Below are positions 8,895-20,729 of a stretch of DNA of 33,594 nt, in pieces. The notes beneath the pieces were generated by a model that searched no databases, was not told where the DNA came from, and worked only from the letters and a program-made list of their open reading frames with translations. The stretch is from positions 1 through 33,594 of the forward strand of contig JAKZVH010000164.1 in assembly GCA_047516145.1 (NCBI GenBank), given 5' to 3'. Every line of letters starts with the position of its first letter. Within the stretch, counting starts at the first letter, position 1. Source of the DNA: Gammaproteobacteria bacterium. GTDB lineage: Bacteria > Pseudomonadota > Gammaproteobacteria > Steroidobacterales > Rariloculaceae. The translations under genes were made by a program, and so were the position numbers.

Positions 8895-9923
8895 TCATTG
8901 GCCGGCGCGATCGGCCGTCCCGCGTCGCAGCGCCTCGCGGATGGCGCCGATGCGTAGCTCGCGCAAACGCGCACCGAGTGCAGGGCCGCTCGGTTTTCCG
9001 GCTACGTGCTCGCTGCGGACGGCCCGCGCGGCGGACCACGCGGTGCGAAGCAATTCGGCCTGCGGATAGGGCCGGTCTTCCAGCCCCAGGCGGCCTCTGG
9101 CATCGGCTTCGCACGCCAGCAGGAACTCCTCGAACCGCTTTGGCCGCCGCAACGCGTCCACCGATTCGATCAACTTGCATACCGTCGCCGCGCGGAGTTC
9201 CGCCGCCCGATGGACCGTGCCGTGGTGGCGGGCCACCGCGGTGGCCAGTTCCCGAAAGCGCCGCGGTACCGGAAAGCGACTGCAGAAATCCTTGAGTATC
9301 TCCACTGAGCGTGCCTCGTGGCCCCGGTGCCCGGGCAGGATGTGACCGGGTGTGGAAGCCTTGCCCAGGTCGTGAGTCAGAACCGCGAAGCGCACGGCGA
9401 CGCTGGCGGACAGGTTCGCGCCGACCCGCAACGCCATCAAGGTATGGATTCCGGTATCGATTTCCGGATGCCACTTGGCCGGCTGGGGTACACCGAACAG
9501 GGAATCGATTTCGGGAAACACGACCTTGAGCGCGCCGCACTCCCTCAGCACCTCGAAATAGACGTGAGGCGTGAGTTCTCCGAGCGCCTTTTCGGTTTCC
9601 TGCCAGACACGTTCCGGCTTCAGCGCGCGCGCTTCCCCGGACTGCACCAACCGCTTCATCAGGCCCATCGTCGACGGCGCCACGGTGAAGCCGAGTTCCT
9701 CGAACCGTGCCGCAAACCGCGCCACCCGGAGTATGCGCAGCGGGTCCTCCGCGAACGCTTCGGACACGTGCCGCAGCAAGCGCTGTTCCAGGTCCCGGCG
9801 GCCGCCGTAGGGATCGATCAGCGTCCCGTTCTCGTCCCGCGCCATGGCGTTGATGGTGAGGTCGCGACGTCCCAGGTCCTCCTCCAGCGTGACCGTGGTG
9901 GAGGTGTCGAAGGCGAAGCCGCT
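8895..9923 (-). pseudogene. cca: Multifunctional CCA-adding tRNA nucleotidyltransferase/HD phosphatase, 5'-truncated (about 70 N-terminal residues absent)
   Basis: Motifs VTLEEDLGRRDLTINAMA, EDPLRILRVARFAAR, HPEIDTGIH, HDLGK and CEADARGR. The catalytic N-terminal VGGAVRD...DxD motif is missing; similarity stops at ~9920. Confidence 0.88.
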
Positions 9924-10892
9924 GGACAGATGGCGCTGCTCCGGCAGCGAGTGCCGCTGGAGTCCGTGATCGCCGATCCCCGAACGAATGCGCAAACCCG
10001 CGAATCCTTGCGCAGGGTCGTGGAAATCCGGCGGTTTGCCGTCGACCGGCTCGGCCTCCCGGATAACGGCAGCTACGCCACGTTCGCCGATCTCGAACGG
10101 TCGTATGCGGTGTGGAACGTGGTCGCTGCCGATGAATTTTCAGTGGAGCCGCAGACGTGGTGCTTTCCCTTCGCGGGTTGCGTGAGTTATCGGGGGTATT
10201 TCGACGAGGCGTCGGCGCGGCGTTTCGCTGAGCGCCTGGAAGCCGAGGGGCTGGAGACATCGGTTGGCGGCACGACCGCGTATTCCACGCTGGGTTATTT
10301 TGCCGACCCCGTGCTCAGCACGATGATTGGCGGTCCGGAGCACTACCTTGCGGACGTGCTGTTCCACGAATTGGCTCACCAGAAGTTCTACATCAAGGAC
10401 GACAGCGAGTTGAACGAGGCGTTCGCAACGGCGGTTGCGGAACACGGCACGCGACGCTGGCTGGCTCTCGCCGGCGATCCCGCGGCGACGCGCGAGTACC
10501 ATGAACTCGTTCAAGGGCGGGCGGAATTCGCCAAACTCATCAGCGATCAGCGCGAGCGGCTGCGGGCGATTTATGCCGGGGACGATCCAGACTCGATGAA
10601 GCGGCGGGCCAAGGCGGCCGCTTTCGGCGCGCTGCGGGCGCAATATGCCGCGCTGAAGCAAACCCGGGATGGAGGCGTGAACTACGATGCGTGGTTTTCC
10701 CGTCCGCTGAACAATGCCCACGTGGCCGCTGTGGCCACCTACCAGCACTGGTTGCCCGGTCTGCGCTGGCTGCTTGAGGACCTGGGGCCGGATCGGTTCT
10801 ACGCCGAGGTTGAGACGCTGGGCAACATGACCATGGAGGAGCGGCGGGAGCGCCTCCGGGACTGGCTCGATCGCGCCGCCGGGAGCGGGTGA
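9918..10892 (+). pseudogene. Putative zinc aminopeptidase (HEXXH), 5'-truncated (signal peptide region absent)
   Basis: Motifs GLPDNGSY, WCFPFAGCVSYRGYF, AYSTLGYFADP, FHELAHQ and NEAFAT. The ORF upstream of ~9918 is just the antisense of cca. ATG9930 could give a signal-less product. Confidence 0.8.
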
Positions 10893-11000
10893 TCCGGCCA
10901 TTGAATCGTCCATCAAACCGGATATCGAATCCGTCGTCGCTCGCGTTGCGACTGACCTGACCGGGCGCTCTACGCATGGCGCGGAGGCGCGGCCGCCGTG

Positions 11001-11009
11001 TGTTAGAAT
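11001..11009 (+). promoter_or_regulatory. Extended -10 promoter element for hppA
   Basis: TGnTAGAAT ~34 nt upstream of ATG11043, with a GGGAG RBS in between. Confidence 0.5.
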
Positions 11010-11042
11010 GCCGCGTTTTTTGCGCCGTCGGGAGAATAACGA

Positions 11043-13051
<2,009 letters not shown>

Positions 13052-13055
<4 letters not shown>

Positions 13056-13092
13056 CAGTATTCGCGGCGGAGGTCGCCGCGAATACTGCTAG
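13052..13092. repeat. Perfect 18-bp inverted repeat bounded by CTAG (hairpin, possible terminator or mini-element)
   Basis: CTAGCAGTATTCGCGGCG-GAGGT-CGCCGCGAATACTGCTAG. It includes the hppA stop codon and has no U-tract. Confidence 0.8.
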
Positions 13093-13173
13093 CCTGCAAC
13101 GGGCATCGATTTGGGTGGGCAGGGGGTCGCGGAGCCGCGGCACGGTAGCGACTCGGTGAGATATCGGGGTTGA
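13089..13173. repeat. MITE/REP-like repeat copy D
   Basis: Degenerate left end CTAGCCTGCAACGGGCATCGA; right end TCGGTGAGATATCGGGGTTGA. Confidence 0.6.
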
Positions 13174-13273
13174 CCAGAATTCTTTGGAAACCGCCCGAGC
13201 CGGCGGCTTGTGGGCGATGGGGAAACTCCGTACCCTAAACCGCTCAGACTGACGGAGCCACGCCTGCCACGCA

Positions 13274-13924
13274 ATGAACGTTGAATCCGCACGTGCCCAG
13301 ATGCTCGGGCAGCAGCTTCGCGCCTGGGAAGTTCTCGATCACCGCGTCCTGGACGTGGTCCGCAACGTCGGTCGCGAGCGCTTTGTTCCGGCCGCGTACC
13401 GGGATCTGGCATTCGCCGACGCCGAGATTCCGTTGGCGCACGGCCAGCGGATGATGACGCCCGGTGTGGAAGGCCGGCTTCTGCAATCGTTGCAACTCGA
13501 TCCGTCCGACAGCGTTCTCGAGGTGGGTACGGGGAGCGGCTTCGTCACCGCCTGCCTCGCCTGCCTCGCTGCCCGAGTGGTCAGCGTGGATATTTTCCCC
13601 GACTTCACGGCCGAGGCGGAGCGGAAACTTCAGCGGGCGAAGATCGGTAACGTCGAATTGCGAACCGCGGACGCGGTCGCGCTGGACTGGGAGGAGAAAT
13701 TCGACGCCATTGCCGTGACCGGCTCGGTGGCTGATCTCGACGACCGCTTCACGCGCCTGCTTCGCCCCGGCGGCCGGCTCTTTGTCGTCGCCGGTCGGGC
13801 GCCGGTGATGGCCGCGTTGCGGGTGACCGCGGGCCGGGACGGAGCGACGACCGAGGAAAGCCTGTTCGAGACGGTCGTCACGCCCTTGATCAACGCCGAG
13901 AGTCCCGAACCGTTCGTGCTCTAG
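13274..13924 (+). CDS. pcm: Protein-L-isoaspartate O-methyltransferase family protein
   Basis: Motifs ARAQMLGQQLRAWEV, RERFVP, VLEVGTGSGF (SAM binding) and FDAIAVTGS. Typical pcm-rhodanese-tolC order. Confidence 0.9.
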   Translation: MNVESARAQMLGQQLRAWEVLDHRVLDVVRNVGRERFVPAAYRDLAFADAEIPLAHGQRMMTPGVEGRLLQSLQLDPSDSVLEVGTGSGFVTACLACLAARVVSVDIFPDFTAEAERKLQRAKIGNVELRTADAVALDWEEKFDAIAVTGSVADLDDRFTRLLRPGGRLFVVAGRAPVMAALRVTAGRDGATTEESLFETVVTPLINAESPEPFVL

Positions 13925-13941
13925 ACCAGGAAGGTTCATCG

Positions 13942-14277
13942 ATGACGATCGTACCCGAACTGACGCCCGCGGAGTTCTGCGATCGCTGGCCTGACGAAAA
14001 GCGCAGCGATGTGACGCTTCTCGATGTGCGGGAACCGGTAGAGTGGGAGACCGCCCACGTGGCGGGTGCCCGTCACATCCCGATGCGATCGGTTCCGGGC
14101 CGCCTGCAAGACTTTAACCCCGCGGAGACCATCGTCGTCATGTGCCACAGCGGCGGGCGCAGCCGGCGCGTCGCCGAGTATCTGTCGGATTCAGGCTACG
14201 CTCATGTATTCAACCTCGCCGGTGGGATCGATGCATGGTCACTGGACATCGACTCCTCTGTACCGCGGTACGAGTAA
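13942..14277 (+). CDS. Single-domain rhodanese (sulfurtransferase)
   Basis: Motifs LLDVREPVEW, active-site CHSGGRS and NLAGGIDAW. Confidence 0.92.
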   Translation: MTIVPELTPAEFCDRWPDEKRSDVTLLDVREPVEWETAHVAGARHIPMRSVPGRLQDFNPAETIVVMCHSGGRSRRVAEYLSDSGYAHVFNLAGGIDAWSLDIDSSVPRYE

Positions 14278-14306
14278 CACACATCAGATTCAACGGTAGA
14301 ACCACT

Positions 14307-15734
14307 ATGAGGAATTTCAGGAAACGTTCAATTGCGGTTCTCGGACTGCTCGTCTGCGCGACCGCACCCGTCTCGGCAGAGAATCTGCTGGATGTCTACC
14401 GTCTCGCGCTGATGTACGACCCGGTTCTTCGGGAAGCCGAGGCGAACTACCTGGCCCGCCGTGAAATACTGCCGCAAACGCGCAGTTTCCTGTTGCCGTC
14501 ATTGAGTCTTGCGCTGGGCGGGTCCACGAGCCACCAGGCGGATCCCAACAGGCCAACCAATTTTGCAACGGGACAACAGGACCCTGACATCCTCAGCACA
14601 GAAGCGGACAGGGACTCATCCAACTGGAGCCTGCGGTTGAACCAGACGCTCTTCAACTGGGGCGCTCTTGTCGCCTTCAAACGGGCCGACAAGCAAGTCG
14701 CGCAGGCGGAGACGGACCTTGAGGTCACCCGACAGAACTTGCTCGTTCGCGTGTCAAGTGCCTACTTTCAGGCACTTGCGGCCGAGGACACGCTGGTTTC
14801 AGAAACCACGGCGCGAGAGGCGATCGGCCGACAACTCGAGCAGGCGCAGCGGCGCTTCGAAGTCGGGCTCATCGCCATCACCGATGTACAGGAGGCCCAG
14901 GCCGGTTACGATCTCGCGATCGCCGCGGAGATCGGTGCCCAGCAGAGCGTGGCGACAGCCCACGAACTGCTGCGCGAAATCATCGGCGAGTCCATCATGG
15001 AACTGGACGGGCCCATGGACGAGATTCCCCTGATGCGGCCCGACCCCGACAACGCCGAGGAGTGGGTACAGACGGCCCTGGACGGGAATCTGGCATTGAT
15101 CTCCAGCCGAATCGCCTCGGATATCGCCCTGGACGACGTCGCCCTGCAGCGGAGCGGCCGCTACCCCACGTTGAGTCTGAGCGGAAATCTGGGTGAGTCG
15201 GGTTCGCAAACGAGCCGGTTCAACAACCTGGTGACTAGTCCGCCGTGCCTGAACAATCCGGCGTTCCGCTGTCCCCCCGAGGAGACAAGTTCCCGGACCG
15301 ACTCGGAGTCCTACAGCTTTTCCCTCAGTTTCAACATCCCCATTTACTCCGGCGGCATCAACTCCTCGAGAATCCAGCAGGCGGTCTACCAGCATCGAGC
15401 CACTCTGGAAGCGCTGGAGCGGGTGGCGCGCGCCACCGAGCGGGAAACCCGTGACGCTTACCTCAGCGTGATTTCCGAAATTTCGCGGGTGCGGGCGCTG
15501 CGCCAGGCCGTGGAATCCTCCGCGACGGCACTGCGGGCTACCGAGGCCGGTTTCGAAGTGGGTACCAGAACCACGGTTGACGTATTGGTATCCCAGAATA
15601 ATCTGCGTCGCGCACAAACCACCTACGCGCGCAGCCGCTACGACTACATCTTGAATGTCCTGCGGCTCAAGCTGGCGGCCGGCAATCTGACCATCGAGGA
15701 TATCGAGGAGGTGAGCAACTGGCTGGAAGGTTAG
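14307..15734 (+). CDS. tolC: TolC-family outer-membrane channel
   Basis: Signal peptide followed by ENLLDVYRLA. Motifs RFEVGLIAITDVQEAQA, GFEVGTRTTVDVL and RYDYILNVLRLK. Confidence 0.93.
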   Translation: MRNFRKRSIAVLGLLVCATAPVSAENLLDVYRLALMYDPVLREAEANYLARREILPQTRSFLLPSLSLALGGSTSHQADPNRPTNFATGQQDPDILSTEADRDSSNWSLRLNQTLFNWGALVAFKRADKQVAQAETDLEVTRQNLLVRVSSAYFQALAAEDTLVSETTAREAIGRQLEQAQRRFEVGLIAITDVQEAQAGYDLAIAAEIGAQQSVATAHELLREIIGESIMELDGPMDEIPLMRPDPDNAEEWVQTALDGNLALISSRIASDIALDDVALQRSGRYPTLSLSGNLGESGSQTSRFNNLVTSPPCLNNPAFRCPPEETSSRTDSESYSFSLSFNIPIYSGGINSSRIQQAVYQHRATLEALERVARATERETRDAYLSVISEISRVRALRQAVESSATALRATEAGFEVGTRTTVDVLVSQNNLRRAQTTYARSRYDYILNVLRLKLAAGNLTIEDIEEVSNWLEG

Positions 15735-15790
15735 TCCCGCGTCTCACCGACCGGCGCCCGCAAACGCTGTCCGCGGGCGCCGCTCATTGG
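15731..15790. repeat. Degenerate repeat copy E plus a GC hairpin between convergent tolC and hldE
   Basis: TTAGTCCCGCGTCTCACCGA begins at the tolC stop. 10-bp IR CGGCGCCCGC (15752-15761) / GCGGGCGCCG (15773-15782). Confidence 0.5.
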
Positions 15791-15791
15791 G

Positions 15792-17222
15792 TTATTCTGG
15801 CGAGCGCCCACGAATGGCGTCGATGATGGTGCTGGTTGAGCGGCCTTCCTTCAGTGCGAGCACTCTCACCTCGCCGCCGTTCTTGAGCACGGCCTGACCG
15901 CCGGCGATTTCCTCGCGCCGGTAGTCCCCGCCCTTTACCAGCACATCGGGAAGCAGACCGGCGATCAGATCGGCCGGGGTGTCCGTGGAGAAGGGCACCA
16001 CCCAATCCACGGCCGCCAGCCCCGAGAGTACGGCCATCCGATCCACGAGCGGGTTGATGGGCCGGTCGGCCCCCTTGAGGCGGGCGACCGATGCGTCGTC
16101 GTTGATTGCCACGATCAACCGGTCACCCAGGGTCTTGGCTTCTTCCAGGTAGCTCACGTGTCCGGCATGGATGATGTCGAAGCAGCCGTTGGTCATGATC
16201 ACGCGCTCGCCGCGGGATCGGCACTCCTGAATCAACGATCCAAGCTCTTCGGCGCTCACCAGACCCCGTCCGCCGGCGCCCTTGCGGTGCAATGCCAATC
16301 GCAACTCCGACGGGAGTACGCTGGCCACGCCGATCTTGCGCACGACCAGTCCGGCGCCGAGATTCGCCAGGGACGCGGCTGTTGCCACGTCCAATCCGCA
16401 ACCCATGCCGGCTGCCATGAGCGCAATGACGGTATCGCCCGCGCCGGTGACATCGAAGACTTCGCGGCCCTCGGCCGACAGCGTGAGGGGCTGTTCGCCC
16501 CCGGGAAACAGGGTTATGCCGCGCGCCCCCCGGGTCACCAGCAGCGCTCCAAGATCCAGTTCCCGTCGCATCGCTACGCCGCGGGACAGGAATTCGGCCT
16601 CACTGGACCACGTGCCCGCGACGGCCGCGAACTCCGCCTGATTGGGCGTCAAGACCGTGGCATGGGCGTAGCGAGAGAAATCCCGGCCCTTCGGGTCGAC
16701 CAGGACCGGTGTCCCGCAGTCCAGGCCGTGGTGGATGAGTTGTTGTGCGCCGGCCAGAGAGCCCTTGCCGTAGTCCGACAACACGATCGCGTCCACAGCG
16801 CCCGCCAACCCGCAGAACAGCCCCTCGACCGCCGCTGCGCAATCGACATACGCTTCCTCCGCGTCCAGGCGGATGAGTTGCTGATTGCGGGCCAACACGC
16901 GTAGCTTATTGATCGTGCGCGCGCCGCGGGCACGGTGAATGTGGCATCTGACGCCGGCGGCGGTCAGTATTTCTTCGAGGACTACGCCGCGATCGTCATC
17001 GCCCGCCACCGTGACCAGATGCACCTCGGCCCCCAGCGCAGCCACGTTGCAGGCGACGTTGCCCGCGCCCCCAGGCCGTCGTTCGGTTCGGCGCGTCTCC
17101 ACGACCGGCACCGGTGCTTCCGGCGAAATCCGACCGGCATCCCCGAACCAATACTCGTCCAGCATGGCATCGCCGGCCACGAGGACCCGCAGGCGCGAGA
17201 AATCTGGAATGTTAAGCTGCAT
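15792..17222 (-). CDS. hldE: Bifunctional heptose-7-phosphate kinase / heptose-1-phosphate adenylyltransferase
   Basis: Motifs RISPEAPVPV, LSDYGKG, DVTGAGD, TNGCFDIIHAGH and LVKGGDY; 476 aa. Confidence 0.95.
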   Translation of the reverse strand: MQLNIPDFSRLRVLVAGDAMLDEYWFGDAGRISPEAPVPVVETRRTERRPGGAGNVACNVAALGAEVHLVTVAGDDDRGVVLEEILTAAGVRCHIHRARGARTINKLRVLARNQQLIRLDAEEAYVDCAAAVEGLFCGLAGAVDAIVLSDYGKGSLAGAQQLIHHGLDCGTPVLVDPKGRDFSRYAHATVLTPNQAEFAAVAGTWSSEAEFLSRGVAMRRELDLGALLVTRGARGITLFPGGEQPLTLSAEGREVFDVTGAGDTVIALMAAGMGCGLDVATAASLANLGAGLVVRKIGVASVLPSELRLALHRKGAGGRGLVSAEELGSLIQECRSRGERVIMTNGCFDIIHAGHVSYLEEAKTLGDRLIVAINDDASVARLKGADRPINPLVDRMAVLSGLAAVDWVVPFSTDTPADLIAGLLPDVLVKGGDYRREEIAGGQAVLKNGGEVRVLALKEGRSTSTIIDAIRGRSPE

Positions 17223-17232
17223 GGGGTGCGGC

Positions 17233-17937
17233 TCAGCCGCACTTGGACTACCCGCAGTTCAGGCAAGTCAGGCATCCGTCAAGCATGACGCTTGCAGCGG
17301 TGTTGCACTTGCCGCAGAGCTGCGCGCCTTCGGGGAACGAGTCTTGGGCGAACGCATCCTGTTGGCCGGATTGGGCTTCGAATTCGGCCCGCTTGCGTGC
17401 CAACTCCTTGCGGCGTTCTTCGCTGGGTCCAACCGGTTTCAGTATGCCGATGGTAATCAGGTGGCGTTCCACGACATGCCCGAGTTCGGCGATGATCGAG
17501 GGCATGAATTTGCCGCCGGGCTGCCAGTAACCGCCGCGGGGATCGAATACGGCCTTGAGTTCATCCACCAGGAAGGCCACGTCGCCGCCCTTGCGGAATA
17601 CCGCGGACATGATCCGCGTCAACGCCACTATCCACTGGTAGTGGTCCAGATTCTTGGAATTGATGAAAATTTCGAATGGCCGGCGCTTTTCGTGCTTGGT
17701 GTCCTCATTGAGGACGATGTCGTTGATGGTGACGTACATCGCGTGATCCGATACCGGTGTCTTGATCTTGTATGTGGATCCCAAGAGCATCTCCGGACGC
17801 TCGAGCCGCTCGTGCATCCGGACAACCTTGAAGCCGTCGTCCTTCTCTTTCGGCACCGCGGCCGGTTGCGGCGGTTCGGCACCGGCCTTGACGACGCTGT
17901 AGCCGATGATCTTTTCATCTACCGTGATGGTTGGCAT
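17233..17937 (-). CDS. nrdJb: Class II ribonucleotide reductase C-terminal subunit NrdJb, with an in-frame TAG five codons before the expected stop
   Basis: Motifs ERPEMLLGSTYKIKTP, RPFEIFINSK and FDPRGGY. Cys-rich tail CGKC...DGCLTCLNCG-TAG-SKCG-TGA. The ORF as called stops at 17248. Confidence 0.88.
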
Positions 17938-18103
17938 GGGTCAATCTGCCTTCTGCTTTGGTTGCTGCCGCTCGATCGGTGCGTGTGAATGTCGCGTTGC
18001 CGTTCGAACCGGGTCCAACCACTTCGACGGCGCGGGCGGCGTCAGCCAGAACACGGGTTTGCCCTGCTGAAGCTCGCCGTAGGGCCGATGCCGGTTGGTT
18101 GGT

Positions 18104-18190
18104 TTAGCCCGCATATCTCACCGATTTTCTACCGCGGTTGCCGTTCCACCCGAGGCGCCTCGACGAACGTCGGTGAGATATACCGGCCGG
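18104..18190. repeat. MITE/REP-like repeat copy F (complete), between nrdJa and nrdJb
   Basis: TTAGCCCGCATATCTCACCGA ... TCGGTGAGATATACCGGCCGG form terminal inverted repeats. Confidence 0.8.
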
Positions 18191-18193
18191 CTC

Positions 18194-20335
18194 TCAAAAT
18201 TTTCCGTAGTAGCCCTCTTTCAGGGCGTCGAAAAGATTCGCCGCCGTGTGTGTCTCACCGTCATATTCGATGTCGTCGTCCCCCTTCGCTTCGACAATGC
18301 CACCATTTTCAAGTTCGAAGCGGTAGGTCGTGCTCTTCAGGTCCTTCTCCTTCACCAGCACACCCTGGAATGCCTCGGGATTGAATCGGAACGTCGTGCA
18401 CCCCTTGAGGCCCTTCTCATACGCGTACCGGTAGATGTTCTTGAAATCGCCATACGGGTAATCGGTCGGCACATTGGCGGTCTTCGAGATCGATGAATCG
18501 ATCCAGGTCTGGGCCGCCGCCTGAATGTCCACGTGTTCCTTGGGCGAGATGTCTTCGGAACTGACGAAGTAATCCGGCAAGGCCTCGGCCGGGTTGCTGG
18601 AGCCCGGGTGCGCCCTGGGGTTGACCAGTTCCCGGTAGGCGAGAAGTTCGAACGAAAATACCTCGACCTTCTCCTTGGTCTTCTTCCCTTCCTTGATGAC
18701 GTTGCGAAAGTACCGGTGCGCGAACGACGGCTCGATCCCGTTACTGGCGTTGTTGCCGAGTGAAAGGGAGATCGTTCCGGTGGGAGCGATGGAACTGTGA
18801 TGCGTGAAACGGGCGCCCTCATCGGCAAGACTGCTCACCAGTTCGGGCGCAACTTCGGCCAATCTCCGCATATAGTGACTGTAACGGGCGTGCAGAATCC
18901 GCCCCGCAATCCTGTCTCCCACCTGCCAGCCATCCGCCTTCATCATGGGGCGCTTGCCCAGCATCTCGTCGGTGACCTCGAACTCTTCCTCAAGAATTGG
19001 CGCCGGCCCCTTCTCCCGCGCAAGCTCCAGGGCCATCTCCCAACCGGCGACAGCCAGTTCCCGGGCGATTTTCTCCGTAAAGCGCACGGATTCCGGCGAT
19101 CCGTAGCGCATGCCCAGCAACGCCAGGGTGGATCCGAGCCCGAGAAAGCCCATGCCGTGGCGGCGCTTGCGCAGGATTTCCTTGCGCTGGGCCTCGAGCG
19201 GCAACCCGTTGATCTCGACGACGTTGTCGAGCATTCGCGTGAAGACGCGAACGACCTCCCGGTACTCGTCCCAGTCGAAACGCGCCTGCTCGCTGAAGGG
19301 ATCGATCGCGAACTTGGTCAGGTTGACCGAACCGAGCAGGCAGGCGCCGTAAGCGGGCAGGGGTTGCTCGCCGCAGGGATTCGTCGCGCGGATGTCCTCG
19401 CACCACCAGTTGTTGTTGAGTTCGTTGACCCGGTCGATGAGCACGAAACCGGGCTCGGCAAAGTCATACGTCGAGGACATGATGGCGTCCCACATGCGCC
19501 GCGCCGGGACGGTCTTGTAAACGCGGCATCCCACCCATCCGTCGTCGTTGGTGAGGTAGCCATTGCGAGTCGGCCATGTCCGCCAAACCACCTTGGCCGG
19601 ATCGTCAGTGTCAATGGCATCTTCCCGCGCCTCCTTTCGAGTCAGCGGGAAAGCCAAGGGCCACGGCCGGTCGTTCTTCACGGCATCCATGAACTCATCG
19701 GAAATCAGCAGCGAAAGGTTGAATTGCCTGAGCCGCCCATCTTCGCGCTTGGCGCGAATGAACTCCATCGTGTCGGGGTGCCCGACATCGAACGTGCCCA
19801 TCTGTGCGCCGCGGCGCCCGCCGGCCGAGGACACCGTGAAGCACATCTTGTCGTAGATATCCATGAACGACAGCGGCCCGGAGGTATGTGCACCGGCACC
19901 CGTTACATAGGCGCCACGCGGCCGCAGCGTAGAGAATTCGTAACCGATCCCGCATCCGGCCTTGAGCGTCATCCCCGCTTCATGCACTTTCTCCAGGATT
20001 TCGTGCATGGAGTCTCCGATGGTGCCGGATACCGTGCAGTTGATCGTCGAGGTCGCCGGCTTGTGTGCGCCGGCGCCGGCATTGGAGACAATGCGTCCGG
20101 CCGGGATGGCGCCGCGGCGCAGGGCCCAGGCAAACCGCTTGTACCAGTATTCGCGCCGTGGCCCATCCTCAACGTCCGCCAGCGCACGCGCGACCCGCTT
20201 GCACGTTCCATGGATGTCGTCGTCCACGGGATCGCCGGACCTGGACTTGAGGCGATACTTGGTATCCCAGATGTCCAGCGACGCTTCCTGCAACGGAAGA
20301 TCCACGGCGGAGTTGAATTCCAACGGCGCCTTCAT
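18194..20335 (-). CDS. nrdJa: Adenosylcobalamin-dependent (class II) ribonucleotide reductase, catalytic subunit NrdJa
   Basis: Motifs STINCTVS, AGGRRGAQM, TNPCGEQ, SIAPTGTIS and GLKGCTTFR; 713 aa. Confidence 0.95.
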   Translation of the reverse strand: MKAPLEFNSAVDLPLQEASLDIWDTKYRLKSRSGDPVDDDIHGTCKRVARALADVEDGPRREYWYKRFAWALRRGAIPAGRIVSNAGAGAHKPATSTINCTVSGTIGDSMHEILEKVHEAGMTLKAGCGIGYEFSTLRPRGAYVTGAGAHTSGPLSFMDIYDKMCFTVSSAGGRRGAQMGTFDVGHPDTMEFIRAKREDGRLRQFNLSLLISDEFMDAVKNDRPWPLAFPLTRKEAREDAIDTDDPAKVVWRTWPTRNGYLTNDDGWVGCRVYKTVPARRMWDAIMSSTYDFAEPGFVLIDRVNELNNNWWCEDIRATNPCGEQPLPAYGACLLGSVNLTKFAIDPFSEQARFDWDEYREVVRVFTRMLDNVVEINGLPLEAQRKEILRKRRHGMGFLGLGSTLALLGMRYGSPESVRFTEKIARELAVAGWEMALELAREKGPAPILEEEFEVTDEMLGKRPMMKADGWQVGDRIAGRILHARYSHYMRRLAEVAPELVSSLADEGARFTHHSSIAPTGTISLSLGNNASNGIEPSFAHRYFRNVIKEGKKTKEKVEVFSFELLAYRELVNPRAHPGSSNPAEALPDYFVSSEDISPKEHVDIQAAAQTWIDSSISKTANVPTDYPYGDFKNIYRYAYEKGLKGCTTFRFNPEAFQGVLVKEKDLKSTTYRFELENGGIVEAKGDDDIEYDGETHTAANLFDALKEGYYGKF

Positions 20336-20442
20336 GCCTTGATTGAGCCTTCCCCCGAGTTCATTGGCCGCGACGAAATTTCCGCCAACCCCTCAAGCAG
20401 CAAACGTGGCCGCCCGCGAGCAATATCCTTCAATTTGAAAAA

Positions 20443-20458
20443 ACACAATATCTTGTGC
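20443..20458. promoter_or_regulatory. NrdR box
   Basis: ACACAATATCTTGTGC fits the acaCwAtATaTwGtgt consensus and lies upstream of nrdJa. Confidence 0.85.
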
Positions 20459-20618
20459 TTCACGCCAAAAAGACTAGGATGTCGCCTGGCGCGTGTCAAG
20501 GCTTATGCAAAAATACTTGATGCAACTAATTATATATAAAACAGCTTATTACGCATTCTACTTCTAATTTCATCGGAATATTTCTTATCTTCCCGGAAAC
20601 ACATGGAAAATTCTTCAG

Positions 20619-20634
20619 ACACAATATGTTGTGT
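20619..20634. promoter_or_regulatory. NrdR box (distal)
   Basis: ACACAATATGTTGTGT, near-palindromic. Confidence 0.8.
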
Positions 20635-20671
20635 CGCGATATCCCCGCTTCTTCCCCCGGAAGACAACAGG

Positions 20672-20680
20672 TTATGCACA
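20672..20680 (+). promoter_or_regulatory. DnaA box
   Basis: TTATGCACA fits TTATnCACA. A related TTATGCAAA lies at 20503-20511. DnaA boxes are known at nrd promoters. Confidence 0.5.
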
Positions 20681-20729
20681 GCGTCGAGCGCCGCTGATTC
20701 CGGCGTCGTGGAGCGTGCCTTCCGGCAGA

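Noticed and set aside
9318-9917. N-terminal 200 aa of the 524-aa aminopeptidase ORF as a novel fused domain
   Set aside because: It is simply the antisense reading of cca, left open by the junction.
20336-20620. Cobalamin riboswitch upstream of the B12-dependent RNR
   Set aside because: No recognisable B12-box or GGGAA...GCCCCCGCAACTGT core. NrdR boxes are present instead.
20490-20690. Replication origin (oriC)
   Set aside because: Only one or two DnaA-like boxes and no dnaA/gidA/parAB context. The nrdJ promoter explains the signal better.
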